From contig CAZSED010000001.1 of NCBI GenBank assembly GCA_964605885.1, positions 70,428 to 134,427 of the forward strand: a stretch of 64,000 nt of DNA, written 5' to 3'. Shown one piece after another: positions 39,901-48,499 of this stretch. This DNA is from an uncultured Dehalococcoidales bacterium (GTDB lineage Bacteria > Chloroflexota > Dehalococcoidia > GIF9 > UBA5629). The first letter of the stretch is position 1, and the number at the start of each line of letters is the position of its first letter. The translations under genes were made by a program, and so were the position numbers. The notes beneath the pieces are model-generated. The model saw only the letters and a list, made by a program, of their open reading frames with translations, did not search any database and was not told the origin of the DNA.

Positions 39901-40422
39901 CTACTTTAAAGACCTGTCTGTGAGCAGGTTCCACGTGCTGTCACATACGGCTGACACTATCTTACAGCCGGTCACCGTGATCTGCGCCGCGTGCTGCGTT
40001 ACTACTTCAGCCAGTACCTGGCCCTTCCTGTCGCCGTGGCCTGGATGCGCCGTCTTGAAGAAATAGAGAAGTTTCCAGGTCTTGCCGTTATCGGCTGACG
40101 TTTCGCTGTCCAGCTTGATGCTGTCCTTGATACCGTCGAAAGTAAAGGTCGGGCTATTCTTTATCAGGGTCAGGGCCAACCCGGCGGCCTGGGCGTCAGT
40201 ACAAACACCCTTCTTATAGACTTCAGTGGAGCAGGACCCTGCCTTGGACCCAAATAAGACAACAGCGAAAATGCCGCTGAGCACCAGGAAGCTTACGACA
40301 GTCAGTATTATACCGCTGAGTAAGCTCTTATTTTCAAATACATTTTTAAAGGGTACTTTCCTGGGTGGTTTTTTGGGTGTTTCCTCAGGCGTTTCCCTGG
40401 GCGCTTCTTTGGGTTCCTGCAT
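39901..40422 (-). CDS. membrane-anchored hypothetical protein
   Basis: Basic/Pro-rich N-terminus, one TM helix, and an extracytoplasmic domain with four Cys. Confidence 0.45.
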   Translation of the reverse strand: MQEPKEAPRETPEETPKKPPRKVPFKNVFENKSLLSGIILTVVSFLVLSGIFAVVLFGSKAGSCSTEVYKKGVCTDAQAAGLALTLIKNSPTFTFDGIKDSIKLDSETSADNGKTWKLLYFFKTAHPGHGDRKGQVLAEVVTQHAAQITVTGCKIVSAVCDSTWNLLTDRSLK

Positions 40423-40515
40423 GGATAATATTATAAGATCGCCGGTGAGCCGCTGGCAACGGGGTATAGCTTTTCACGAGCGGCCCATAATATACTATTA
40501 CTACAGGAGGTGCGT

Positions 40516-41073
40516 ATGCTGGAGACGTTGGTGCGCAACTGGTGGCTGATTGCACTGCGGGGCCTGGTGGCCCTCATCCTGGGTCTCGTCCTGTTGATAA
40601 TCCCCCCGGCAGCTTCAGCGATGTTCCTGGTGCTCTTTATTGGCGCCTATGCTCTGGTTGACGGCGTTTTCGCGCTGGTAGTGGGCATCATCAACAGGCC
40701 TGCCCACAGGGACAGGTGGTGGCTGATCATCGAGGGCACACTGGGCATACTTGCCGGCATCGTGATATTCACCTCGCCGCTGCTGGCCGGCGCAGTGCTT
40801 CTGTTCGTGATTGCCTTCTGGGCGCTGTTAACAGGCATATTCGAGATCGTCTTTGCCGCCATGCAGTGGAAATCCCTGCCGGACAAGTGGCTGCTGCTGC
40901 TGGGCGGCATCATCTCCGTGCTGCTGGGCATTTTCATCCTTTCCAATCTGGCCCTGGGTGCAGTGCTGGTGATAGTGATGATCGCCGTCTACCTGGTGCT
41001 GTTCGGCGTGGCGCTGATAGCCATGGGCTTCTCGCTCAAGGGCGCAGCCAAGGACCTGCCTAAAGCGGCATAG
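40516..41073 (+). CDS. HdeD family (DUF308) acid-resistance membrane protein
   Basis: Six TM helices with the HdeD pattern. RBS AGGAGGT 7 nt before the ATG. Confidence 0.75.
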   Translation: MLETLVRNWWLIALRGLVALILGLVLLIIPPAASAMFLVLFIGAYALVDGVFALVVGIINRPAHRDRWWLIIEGTLGILAGIVIFTSPLLAGAVLLFVIAFWALLTGIFEIVFAAMQWKSLPDKWLLLLGGIISVLLGIFILSNLALGAVLVIVMIAVYLVLFGVALIAMGFSLKGAAKDLPKAA

Positions 41074-41102
41074 CAGCAGATTACACCTGGGAAAAAGGTT
41101 GC

Positions 41103-41191
41103 TGGCGGAGGGGGCGGGATTCGAACCCGCGTTAGCAAAAAGCTAAAACGGTTTTCAAGACCGTCACCATCGTCCGCTCGGTCACCCCTCC
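41103..41191 (-). tRNA. tRNA-Ser (anticodon TGA), encoded CCA, long variable arm
   Basis: The minus-strand sequence GGAGGGGTGACCGAGCGG...CGGTCTTGAAAACCG...GGGTTCGAATCCCGCCCCCTCCGCCA folds as a class II tRNA. The anticodon loop CTTGAAA gives UGA. Confidence 0.85.
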
Positions 41192-41224
41192 ACGGACACA
41201 TAAGTATATTTAAACAGGGCTTGT

Positions 41225-41270
41225 GCTGGCAACTGGGTCATGCCTGGAAAGGCGCGGATCAATAGGAGAG
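41225..41270. repeat. left copy of a ~46-bp imperfect direct repeat (fossil 3' end of a ZnR-TlpA paralog)
   Basis: GCTGGCAACTGG...GCGCGGATCAATAGGAG matches 42255-42299. The minus strand reads ...SY-stop, as at the end of gene 42287-44551. Confidence 0.5.
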
Positions 41271-41377
41271 CATATCAGTTGCTAATATACAACCTATGTA
41301 TCGTCTGTTTCGTTTTCTGTAGTATTAATCTGCTTTTCTTATTAATAAGAGTACCATTTTCGAAGGAGACTTGAATT

Positions 41378-42121
41378 ATGGAAATTTTTGAGCTTATGAG
41401 CATCTCACACCGCTATATGGAGATACTGAATCCCTCCACGTCTGAAAAGATCATTAAACTTGGCAAGCTACTCAAATTGAACAAAGGAAGCCGGGTCATC
41501 GACTTCGGTTGTGGTTGTGCTGAGCCACTCACTCTCTGGGCTGAAGAATTCGGTATCACTGGTATTGGCATAGATATATCCGAAGATTTCTGTGACCGAG
41601 CTAGGAAAAAGCTGGCCATGAGAGGGTTGTCAGACAGAATCGAAATCGTTTGCTCCAACGGGGCTGATTACGTATTCGAAGAAGGGGCCTTCGATGCTGC
41701 AACGTGTATTGGGGCAACGTTTATTTTTGGCAGCTACCAGAAGACAGTCCAGGTACTGAAGCGGGCTGTTCATCAGAATGGACGCCTTGGTATCGGCGAA
41801 ACTCACTGGCTTAGCAATCAGGTGGATCCGGAATACTCCCAACGACAGGCAACTACCCACACAGAACCAGTACTAACTCAATTTACCCGGGACGAAGGCT
41901 TTGAGCTTGAATACATCATCCGTGCTAGCAGCGACGATTGGGACAGGTATATTTCAGATAGTTGGTACGGACTGATACGTTGGCTTAATGAAAATCCCAC
42001 TCACCCTGACCATGAACAGGTATTCAAATATTTTCGCACTGACCAGGATGATTATTTACAGTTCCAACGCCAATATATGGGTTGGGCTATGTACTGCCTA
42101 GCTCCCATCAAATCTCGTTAG
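41378..42121 (+). CDS. class I SAM-dependent methyltransferase (low-GC, likely horizontally acquired)
   Basis: VIDFGCGCAEP SAM-binding motif I. GC is visibly lower than the flanks, and AT-rich codons dominate. Confidence 0.8.
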   Translation: MEIFELMSISHRYMEILNPSTSEKIIKLGKLLKLNKGSRVIDFGCGCAEPLTLWAEEFGITGIGIDISEDFCDRARKKLAMRGLSDRIEIVCSNGADYVFEEGAFDAATCIGATFIFGSYQKTVQVLKRAVHQNGRLGIGETHWLSNQVDPEYSQRQATTHTEPVLTQFTRDEGFELEYIIRASSDDWDRYISDSWYGLIRWLNENPTHPDHEQVFKYFRTDQDDYLQFQRQYMGWAMYCLAPIKSR

Positions 42122-42254
42122 ATAGGTAGTCGCTCCTTTCGTCAATAGCTATTTACTTAAGTCTTGCCGCTCCCTTTGCCGCTCCCCGTGACACGGACAT
42201 CTACCTCACTCATTGACGAACGGCTTTAACTGGTACGATCGTGGAACAATGGTG

Positions 42255-42299
42255 GCTGGCAACTGGAGTTATGTGTGACGCGCGGGTCAATAGGAGTTG
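42255..42299. repeat. right copy of the ~46-bp direct repeat, overlapping the stop codon of gene 42287-44551
   Basis: GCTGGCAACTGG (12/12) followed by GCGCGGGTCAATAGGAG (17/18) relative to the left copy. Confidence 0.5.
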
Positions 42300-44551
42300 T
42301 ATAAGGCTTCAAGCTGGCTCAGGCTGGCGAACGAGCCGTCCTGTATCTTCCTGACGATGCCGGTGGAGTCCAGCATGAACGTCTTGGGCACCGAGGAGAT
42401 GTTGTAGTCCGTTCCCACCTGTCCGGTCTCATCCAGCGCCACGGTGAAGGTGTAGTTGCTGGTGGTGATAAGGTCTCCCACCTGGTATTTATTGACGGCG
42501 CCCAGCTGCGGGCCGCAGACGGCAATGATGGGCACGGTGGGATATTTTTCATGCATCTGCTGTATCAGCGGCATCTCGGACCGGCAGGGGCTGCAGTTAT
42601 AAGCCCAGAAATTGATTATCACCTTGCCGCCGCGCAGGTCCTTTAAAGCAATGTTGGTGGCGTCGGTACCGGGCAGCGTGAAGTCTGGCGCCTGCTGCCC
42701 TACTCCAGTCCCCGATGCAGGAGGCGTCTGGAACGTGGCATCGGGCGAAGCGGCCTCATTGCCGGCGGCATCCCTCGATTTCACCTTGTAATGGATGGTG
42801 CCCTGCAGGGGCAGACCGTTCAGCGTTATGCTGTGGTCTTTTATCATCGTTGTGTCCGTGCTGGACGGCTGCACCGTTCCATAGGTCTCGGTGTTGCCGT
42901 AAGCCACCTGGCTGGTAGCCGGCTCATCGGTCAGCCACTCTATCGTGGCCGAAGCATCAACGGAAGAGCTGATTATATTTGCTGCCTTGACTAAAGAGAT
43001 GACCGGAGGCGTTGTATCCCTCACGCCGGTGGTGATCAGCACGCTGGTGGCATCCAGCTGAGCGTCCGGCGCATCATCCGCGTCGCTGAGGCGCGATTTA
43101 ACGGTAATGTGATAGGACTTGTTGGGCTGCAGGTTGGTTAGACTTACCGTGTGGTCCGTGACCAGCGCGTCGTTTTTCGCATTCTCGCATTGCGTACCGC
43201 CCTCCAGGCAGTAGATGACGATGCTGCTTGATTTCTTATCCGTTTGCCAGGTGACCACCCCGCTCGTCTGTGTGATATCGCTGAACTGGATGTTGCTTAT
43301 TTCCGGCGGCCTGGCCACTATGGTCCCGGCGCTGGTTGCAGAAGGGTTTAGCTTGGCCGGCGGCGGCGTTTTAAGCTGGTCCATTACCATCACGACCGAG
43401 ACGATTATGATCCCGGCCAGTGCCAGGAGGGCCAGGAGTATTGGCAGGGGATGCTTCTTTTCCTTTGGTTCCCCTTCGCCCTCCAGCGCCTCCTCATAGG
43501 CGGCTTTCCCTTTCCTTTTCGGCTTGGGCCTTCTCTTTTCGTGCCGGGGCCTTTCTTTGATGCGAGGCGCAGGCGCCGGCATGGCTATGTCATATGGTTG
43601 CACGGCCGGCTGGCCGTAGTACTGGTCAGCTTGCTGCAGGACGGGTTGCCCGTAGTACTGGTCTGCCAGCGGCGCGGCGTTGGGCTGGCCGGCTGAAAGC
43701 GGAGACTCGGATGGCATTGTTGCCACGTGGGACTTGTAATAGTCCTCGGCCTTGAGCATGGGCCTGCCCTTCTCCATTGGCAGGCGATTCCAGCCGCAAG
43801 AAGGACAGATCTTGCTGCGGTCGGGGACCGGTGAATGGCAGTTGGGACACAGGCGCTGCTCCCCGGCGTAATCCTGGGAGGCGCCCGCCTGCATCATGGC
43901 ATCCTGCGGTGCTGACGGAATGGGATTCATTTGCGGATAAATATCCTGGGGTGGGGTGTGCCTGGGCTGCGTCCTCGTCTGCTCCGCCTCGGCGCTGGCG
44001 GCGCGCTTGGCCTCGATGCGCCTCCATAGGTCTCCGGTGTGCCTGCCCGGCATCAGGTTTTTTTCGTCCCTCATCACAGCTCCGCCGCCGAACTTACCGT
44101 GTACCGGGCAAAGGCTCGAGCCTGGCGGAATGGGCGTGCCGCACTTGGCACAGACCTTTTGTTTGGAGGGCGCCTCCGACTCACCGCGGTATAATCCGCT
44201 GGAGTGACCCCCATCGGCCGGCTGCATAACACCAAAGCCCTGGGCCGGGGACTGCGTGACCAGCTGTCCCAAGCGCCCGCAGTACGGGCATTTCCTGGCC
44301 CCCGGGCTGATCTTTGAACCGCAGTTGGAGCAGTAGAACTGGCTGCTGGATGAACCTGTTGAAGCGGGCGCCGCCGCGTATTTACCCGGCCTGAATGAGA
44401 GGTCCTTTTTCCCGCAATGCGGACAGACGCTGGCATCTGGTGATTCGATAATGAGGTGACAACTCGGGCAAAAGCGGGCGCCGCATTTCTGGCAGGTTAC
44501 AGCGTTTGGTTCATTGACCTCATGGCACCGTTGACAGACTATGCTGGGCAT
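42287..44551 (-). CDS. paralog 1: four N-terminal zinc ribbons, Pro/Gln-rich linker, TM helix, FN3-like domains and C-terminal TlpA-like thioredoxin (thiol-disulfide oxidoreductase)
   Basis: Four C-x2-C...C-x2-C modules. TM helix LPILLALLALAGIIIVSVVMV. FN3-like motifs VTWQTD and IEWLTD. Redoxin motif INFWAYNCSPC. Confidence 0.7.
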   Translation of the reverse strand: MPSIVCQRCHEVNEPNAVTCQKCGARFCPSCHLIIESPDASVCPHCGKKDLSFRPGKYAAAPASTGSSSSQFYCSNCGSKISPGARKCPYCGRLGQLVTQSPAQGFGVMQPADGGHSSGLYRGESEAPSKQKVCAKCGTPIPPGSSLCPVHGKFGGGAVMRDEKNLMPGRHTGDLWRRIEAKRAASAEAEQTRTQPRHTPPQDIYPQMNPIPSAPQDAMMQAGASQDYAGEQRLCPNCHSPVPDRSKICPSCGWNRLPMEKGRPMLKAEDYYKSHVATMPSESPLSAGQPNAAPLADQYYGQPVLQQADQYYGQPAVQPYDIAMPAPAPRIKERPRHEKRRPKPKRKGKAAYEEALEGEGEPKEKKHPLPILLALLALAGIIIVSVVMVMDQLKTPPPAKLNPSATSAGTIVARPPEISNIQFSDITQTSGVVTWQTDKKSSSIVIYCLEGGTQCENAKNDALVTDHTVSLTNLQPNKSYHITVKSRLSDADDAPDAQLDATSVLITTGVRDTTPPVISLVKAANIISSSVDASATIEWLTDEPATSQVAYGNTETYGTVQPSSTDTTMIKDHSITLNGLPLQGTIHYKVKSRDAAGNEAASPDATFQTPPASGTGVGQQAPDFTLPGTDATNIALKDLRGGKVIINFWAYNCSPCRSEMPLIQQMHEKYPTVPIIAVCGPQLGAVNKYQVGDLITTSNYTFTVALDETGQVGTDYNISSVPKTFMLDSTGIVRKIQDGSFASLSQLEALYNSY

Positions 44552-44629
44552 GAATTATTTTCCATTTGTACACACGCCTGTTTGCTATATTAAAGTTAAG
44601 GCAACATATCTGAGATGTCAAGTTTGACA

Positions 44630-46009
44630 TCAGTACGATTCGAGCATGAATTCCACTTCAGCCGGGCTGGTGAACATGCCCTGCTGGATCCTGCGGATTA
44701 CACCGCCTTTGTCTATAAAATAGGTCTTGGGTATGCTGACTATTTCATAACGGTTGAAGACGGCGTCGCTGGGGTCCAGGCATACCTCAAAATCAAACTT
44801 GTTCTCCATTTGGACATAGTCTCTTATAGCCGCTTCGTCGGACTGGCTGCCGGCAATGGTCAGCACCATAACGTTGGGGCTGTCGCGGTATTTATCCCAG
44901 AGTGCCTGCAGGTGCGGGAGCTCGATTTTACATGGGGTGCACCAGCTGGCCCAGAAGTTAAGTACCACCTTTTTGCCCATATACTGGCTAAGAGTAACCT
45001 GTGTGCCGTCGAGGTCCTTGAGCGTGAAATCGGGCGCCCTGCTGCCCATGTAAGGGGCAGCATTTGATACGGGCTCTGTCCTGAAGGTGTTGTCGCTGGA
45101 GGTAAGTGTGTTTCCCGAGGAATCCTTGGAGATAGTCTGGTAATGGTACAGGGAATCCGGCGCAAGGCCCTGTAACAAAATGCTGTGGTCGGTCTTCAGC
45201 TCGATTATCTCTATGGAGGGGAACGGGTAGGTAGTATCGTTTCCGTACCTGAGAAAAGAGGTTGACTTGATGTTGGTTTTCCAGCCGACCGTGGCTGAAA
45301 AACTGCTGGCCGACGCCGCGGGGCCATCGGTGAAGCGCAGTTTATCCGAATCCGGCTGAGGATTTGAGGGCGGCGGCTTGGTGTTGGCTACCGAAGCATT
45401 ATCAGCGGCTACCAGCGGTTTGTTCTTATTTACCTCGGGAGGCGTTGCAGGGGGCTTGATATCGTCGGGCTTTTTGGCTGTCGATTGGTTATCCGTGACC
45501 GTTACCGAAGGAGGGTTCTTAACAGTTTTATTGTCAGACGGGCTGCTGCGGGCCAGGGCGGCCAGCTTGCCGGGAAGGTTGGCTGACTCTATAGCACGCG
45601 CCATTGAGCCGGCATTGGCTGCTATGATTACCAGGCAGGCCACACCGGCCAGCACCACGGCAATATTGCGGACCGCCGTCTTATTAACGGGACGCCTGAC
45701 TGGCTTTCTGGCATAGAGGCTCCTTATATCGCGGTCATCGTCTGTTATTTCTCTCTCTTCTGATTTGCGGGCGCGCCGCGGCCTGATCTCGATATCGACT
45801 TCTTCGCTGATGAACACATCCTCTTTTTTAGCAGGCCTGTGTTTTTCCGGCTCAGGACGCCTTTCAGGTGTAAATTTAAGCTTGAACTGCCTTTTCCTGT
45901 CCGGCAATGAGACAGGTATATGCGGCCCTGTGGACTCACAATTAGGGCAGTACTGGTTTATGTAGTTCCGGGGTTTGCCACAACCCTCGCATTTAAATGG
46001 GTATGCCAA
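44630..46009 (-). CDS. paralog 2: zinc ribbon, TM helix, FN3-like domain and TlpA-like thioredoxin
   Basis: TTG start. CEGCGK...CPNCES ribbon. TM helix IAVVLAGVACLVIIA. FN3-like motif VGWKTN. Redoxin motif LNFWASWCTPC. Confidence 0.7.
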   Translation of the reverse strand: MAYPFKCEGCGKPRNYINQYCPNCESTGPHIPVSLPDRKRQFKLKFTPERRPEPEKHRPAKKEDVFISEEVDIEIRPRRARKSEEREITDDDRDIRSLYARKPVRRPVNKTAVRNIAVVLAGVACLVIIAANAGSMARAIESANLPGKLAALARSSPSDNKTVKNPPSVTVTDNQSTAKKPDDIKPPATPPEVNKNKPLVAADNASVANTKPPPSNPQPDSDKLRFTDGPAASASSFSATVGWKTNIKSTSFLRYGNDTTYPFPSIEIIELKTDHSILLQGLAPDSLYHYQTISKDSSGNTLTSSDNTFRTEPVSNAAPYMGSRAPDFTLKDLDGTQVTLSQYMGKKVVLNFWASWCTPCKIELPHLQALWDKYRDSPNVMVLTIAGSQSDEAAIRDYVQMENKFDFEVCLDPSDAVFNRYEIVSIPKTYFIDKGGVIRRIQQGMFTSPAEVEFMLESY

Positions 46010-46053
46010 TTTAGATCAGACCTCGCCGCAGGTGAAGAATATACCGGCACTAC

Positions 46054-46638
46054 TCACTGTGAGGGCTTGAAAACCTCGGGCACAGTGGGAGATGCCAGCC
46101 ATTTGGTGATTGTATCGTAGTTGTTAATTACGTACATTGCCAGCAGGATGAGAAGTATAACCAGGATAACGCTAACTATTATAGTGGTGAGGCTGCCGCC
46201 TTTGCTCCTTTCGGGCTGCTCTTCCTCCTCTTCCTCTTCATCGGATTCGTCCTCGTATTCAGCCTCAAAGTCCTCATCCTCATCTCTGCGTTTGCCCTTT
46301 TTATATTCTTTTTCTTCAAGCCGGTCCATATCTTCAATATGGTCCAGCATGGGGCTGCGCCGGCGGATGCCCGCCGGGAATTTGTCCTCGTCATCCTCCC
46401 GGCTGCCCCGCATCCTGGATGGCGCTTCGTCAGCAATATCTACCGGCCCGGCGTCGACAAAACCGCCGGCGGAAGGTGTGAAGCTCTCCCTTCGTCCTGC
46501 AGCCGGACCTGCGCTTGCCCCTGCAGCGGATTCAGTCCTATTCACAAAGTCATGCGGCCCCAGACTGCCGCAGGCATCGCACTTCTGATTGATGGAAGGC
46601 ATGGGATTTCCGCATTTACATCTGAACTGAGTTTCCAA
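46054..46638 (-). CDS. paralog 3 (truncated): zinc ribbon, poly-acidic tract and TM helix only
   Basis: Start chosen at a TTG with RBS AAGGAG 8 nt upstream (METQFRCKCG...). CKCGN...CDACGS ribbon. Acidic run DEDEDFEAEYEDESDEEEEEEEQ. C-terminal TM helix. No FN3 or TlpA domains. Confidence 0.5.
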   Translation of the reverse strand: METQFRCKCGNPMPSINQKCDACGSLGPHDFVNRTESAAGASAGPAAGRRESFTPSAGGFVDAGPVDIADEAPSRMRGSREDDEDKFPAGIRRRSPMLDHIEDMDRLEEKEYKKGKRRDEDEDFEAEYEDESDEEEEEEEQPERSKGGSLTTIIVSVILVILLILLAMYVINNYDTITKWLASPTVPEVFKPSQ

Positions 46639-46784
46639 TGTATTTTCTCCTTGAAAAAGAAATTTGCGGATGTGCGGAGGCAGTTGAACGGCTGCTGATT
46701 TGATCCATATACGAGGCAATTAGTATCATTCAATATCTACACTACAACGGGATAAAACTGATGTCAAGGTATTTTTGGGCAGTA

Positions 46785-48353
46785 TTATAAATCGTTGAGA
46801 ATCTGCTGCACCTGATCGATGTTAAAGTTGCCGAATTCAACAGCGCGAATAATGTTCTCGCCGTCGATGAAGAACGTGCAGGGGACCTTCTCAACGTTGT
46901 AGAGATGAGCCGTGGTCTTGTAGGCGTCCAAACATATGGCGAATGTAGGGTCGCCAAGGCGGGACTTGTAGGCCGAAATGGCCTTGTTTATCTCCTCCGG
47001 CTTGCTTTCCAGGAATACGCCGATTACAGCCACCCCCTGCGGGTTTCTGTTCCTAACCGTTTGCAGCAGCTCAAGCTCACGGTCACACTCGGGACAATAA
47101 ACGGCCCAAAAGCTCAGCAGGATTTTTTGACCCTTATAGGTGCGCAGGGAAATGCTTTCCTGTGAATTGACCAGCGGAAGGGTGAAATCCGGTGCGCGGT
47201 CGCCTATTTTCGAGCCCAGCGGCACGGAAACATAGGTTACAAAGCTGTCCGGCGGCTCCATAATCGCCTGATTGCCGTCTGCATCAACGGATTTTATTCG
47301 ATAGTAGTAAGTCTGGCCGGGCTGCAGGCCACTGACGCGGATTGAATGCTGGGTGATCAGCCTGGAGTCGACTGATGTTGAGCCCGAGGTCGACTGGTCC
47401 AGCCCGTAGAGTACCTGCGCGGTGGCAGGCTTGTCGGTCGCCCAGGTAACGACGGCGCTTATATCGGACGGCAACACTGTGAATTGTGAGACCACGGGCG
47501 GCTGGGTGTTGCTCCTAGCCAGCGTGCTGAATGTTTGGTCCATGCTGCGCGATAGCTCTTTGCCGTCTTTATCCATAGCCAGCACTGCGAAGTGGTAGGC
47601 GGTCGCAGGCTCAAGCCCGCTGAGAAGCACACGGTGCGATGCCGTCCGGTTGTCTGCCTGAGAGGCCAGGCCGTACAGGTCGGCCTTGCCGTACAGGACC
47701 TTGCCATAGGCCGCCAGGTCAGTAGTCCAGGCAATGCTGGCCCCGGTGGCTGTTACCTCGGACACTGCTATGTTTGCTACGGCCGGCATGGCGGTCGGGG
47801 TTGCAGACTGAGAGGGGGCCTTTGGCACGGTGAAAAGCGACCTGAAAAGGCCTGATTGATAGGCCAGCAGGCCGCATAAACCTACGATTATGACGACGAT
47901 GGCAGCGATAATAATGACGTCAAGCTTTTTAAGCCGTTTGACTCCGATGGCGGAACTGCGCCTGCCGATCTTGGCGCCGGCCTGACCCCTGGCCGGTTCC
48001 CCGCGCTTCTCCCCTTCGGGTCCGCTGCCGCCGGGCTGGTCCTGGGCCTGCGGGTAAATCTTGGGTTTCTGCGTGCTTTTACCGCAGTGGGGGCACTTGG
48101 GCAGCGCTGATGGCAGCACGGCCATGCAGTTAGGGCAGCGGTACTGTCTCTGTTCCTGCCCGGAAACAGAATCTCCCATGCCGGAAGCCGACCTCTTCTC
48201 TATAATCCTTTGCCAGAGGCTAACGCCCTGCTCCTCCACCCGGTCCATATACCAGCGTTTGCCGCAGGCAGGGCAGATTGCCGTGCCTTCCGGCACAACC
48301 TTGCCGCACTGCCGGCAGAACTTCGGGCCCGATTGTGATTCAGCTTCAGCCAT
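46785..48353 (-). CDS. paralog 4: two zinc ribbons, TM helix, two FN3-like domains and TlpA-like thioredoxin
   Basis: CRQCGK...CPACGK and CPNC...CPHCGK ribbons. TM helix VIIIAAIVVIIVGLCGLLA. Redoxin motif LSFWAVYCPEC. Confidence 0.7.
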   Translation of the reverse strand: MAEAESQSGPKFCRQCGKVVPEGTAICPACGKRWYMDRVEEQGVSLWQRIIEKRSASGMGDSVSGQEQRQYRCPNCMAVLPSALPKCPHCGKSTQKPKIYPQAQDQPGGSGPEGEKRGEPARGQAGAKIGRRSSAIGVKRLKKLDVIIIAAIVVIIVGLCGLLAYQSGLFRSLFTVPKAPSQSATPTAMPAVANIAVSEVTATGASIAWTTDLAAYGKVLYGKADLYGLASQADNRTASHRVLLSGLEPATAYHFAVLAMDKDGKELSRSMDQTFSTLARSNTQPPVVSQFTVLPSDISAVVTWATDKPATAQVLYGLDQSTSGSTSVDSRLITQHSIRVSGLQPGQTYYYRIKSVDADGNQAIMEPPDSFVTYVSVPLGSKIGDRAPDFTLPLVNSQESISLRTYKGQKILLSFWAVYCPECDRELELLQTVRNRNPQGVAVIGVFLESKPEEINKAISAYKSRLGDPTFAICLDAYKTTAHLYNVEKVPCTFFIDGENIIRAVEFGNFNIDQVQQILNDL

Positions 48354-48499
48354 TGCTATGGAAAAACGCCTGTCTGAATTTACCTAATTATATACATATT
48401 TATTTTTTATGTGAAAGGATTATAAATAGTATCTGCAGTCCGCTGCGTGATATTTGGGCGGAAAAGAGAATTTGGGGTGGACGGAAGGTCCACAAGAGC

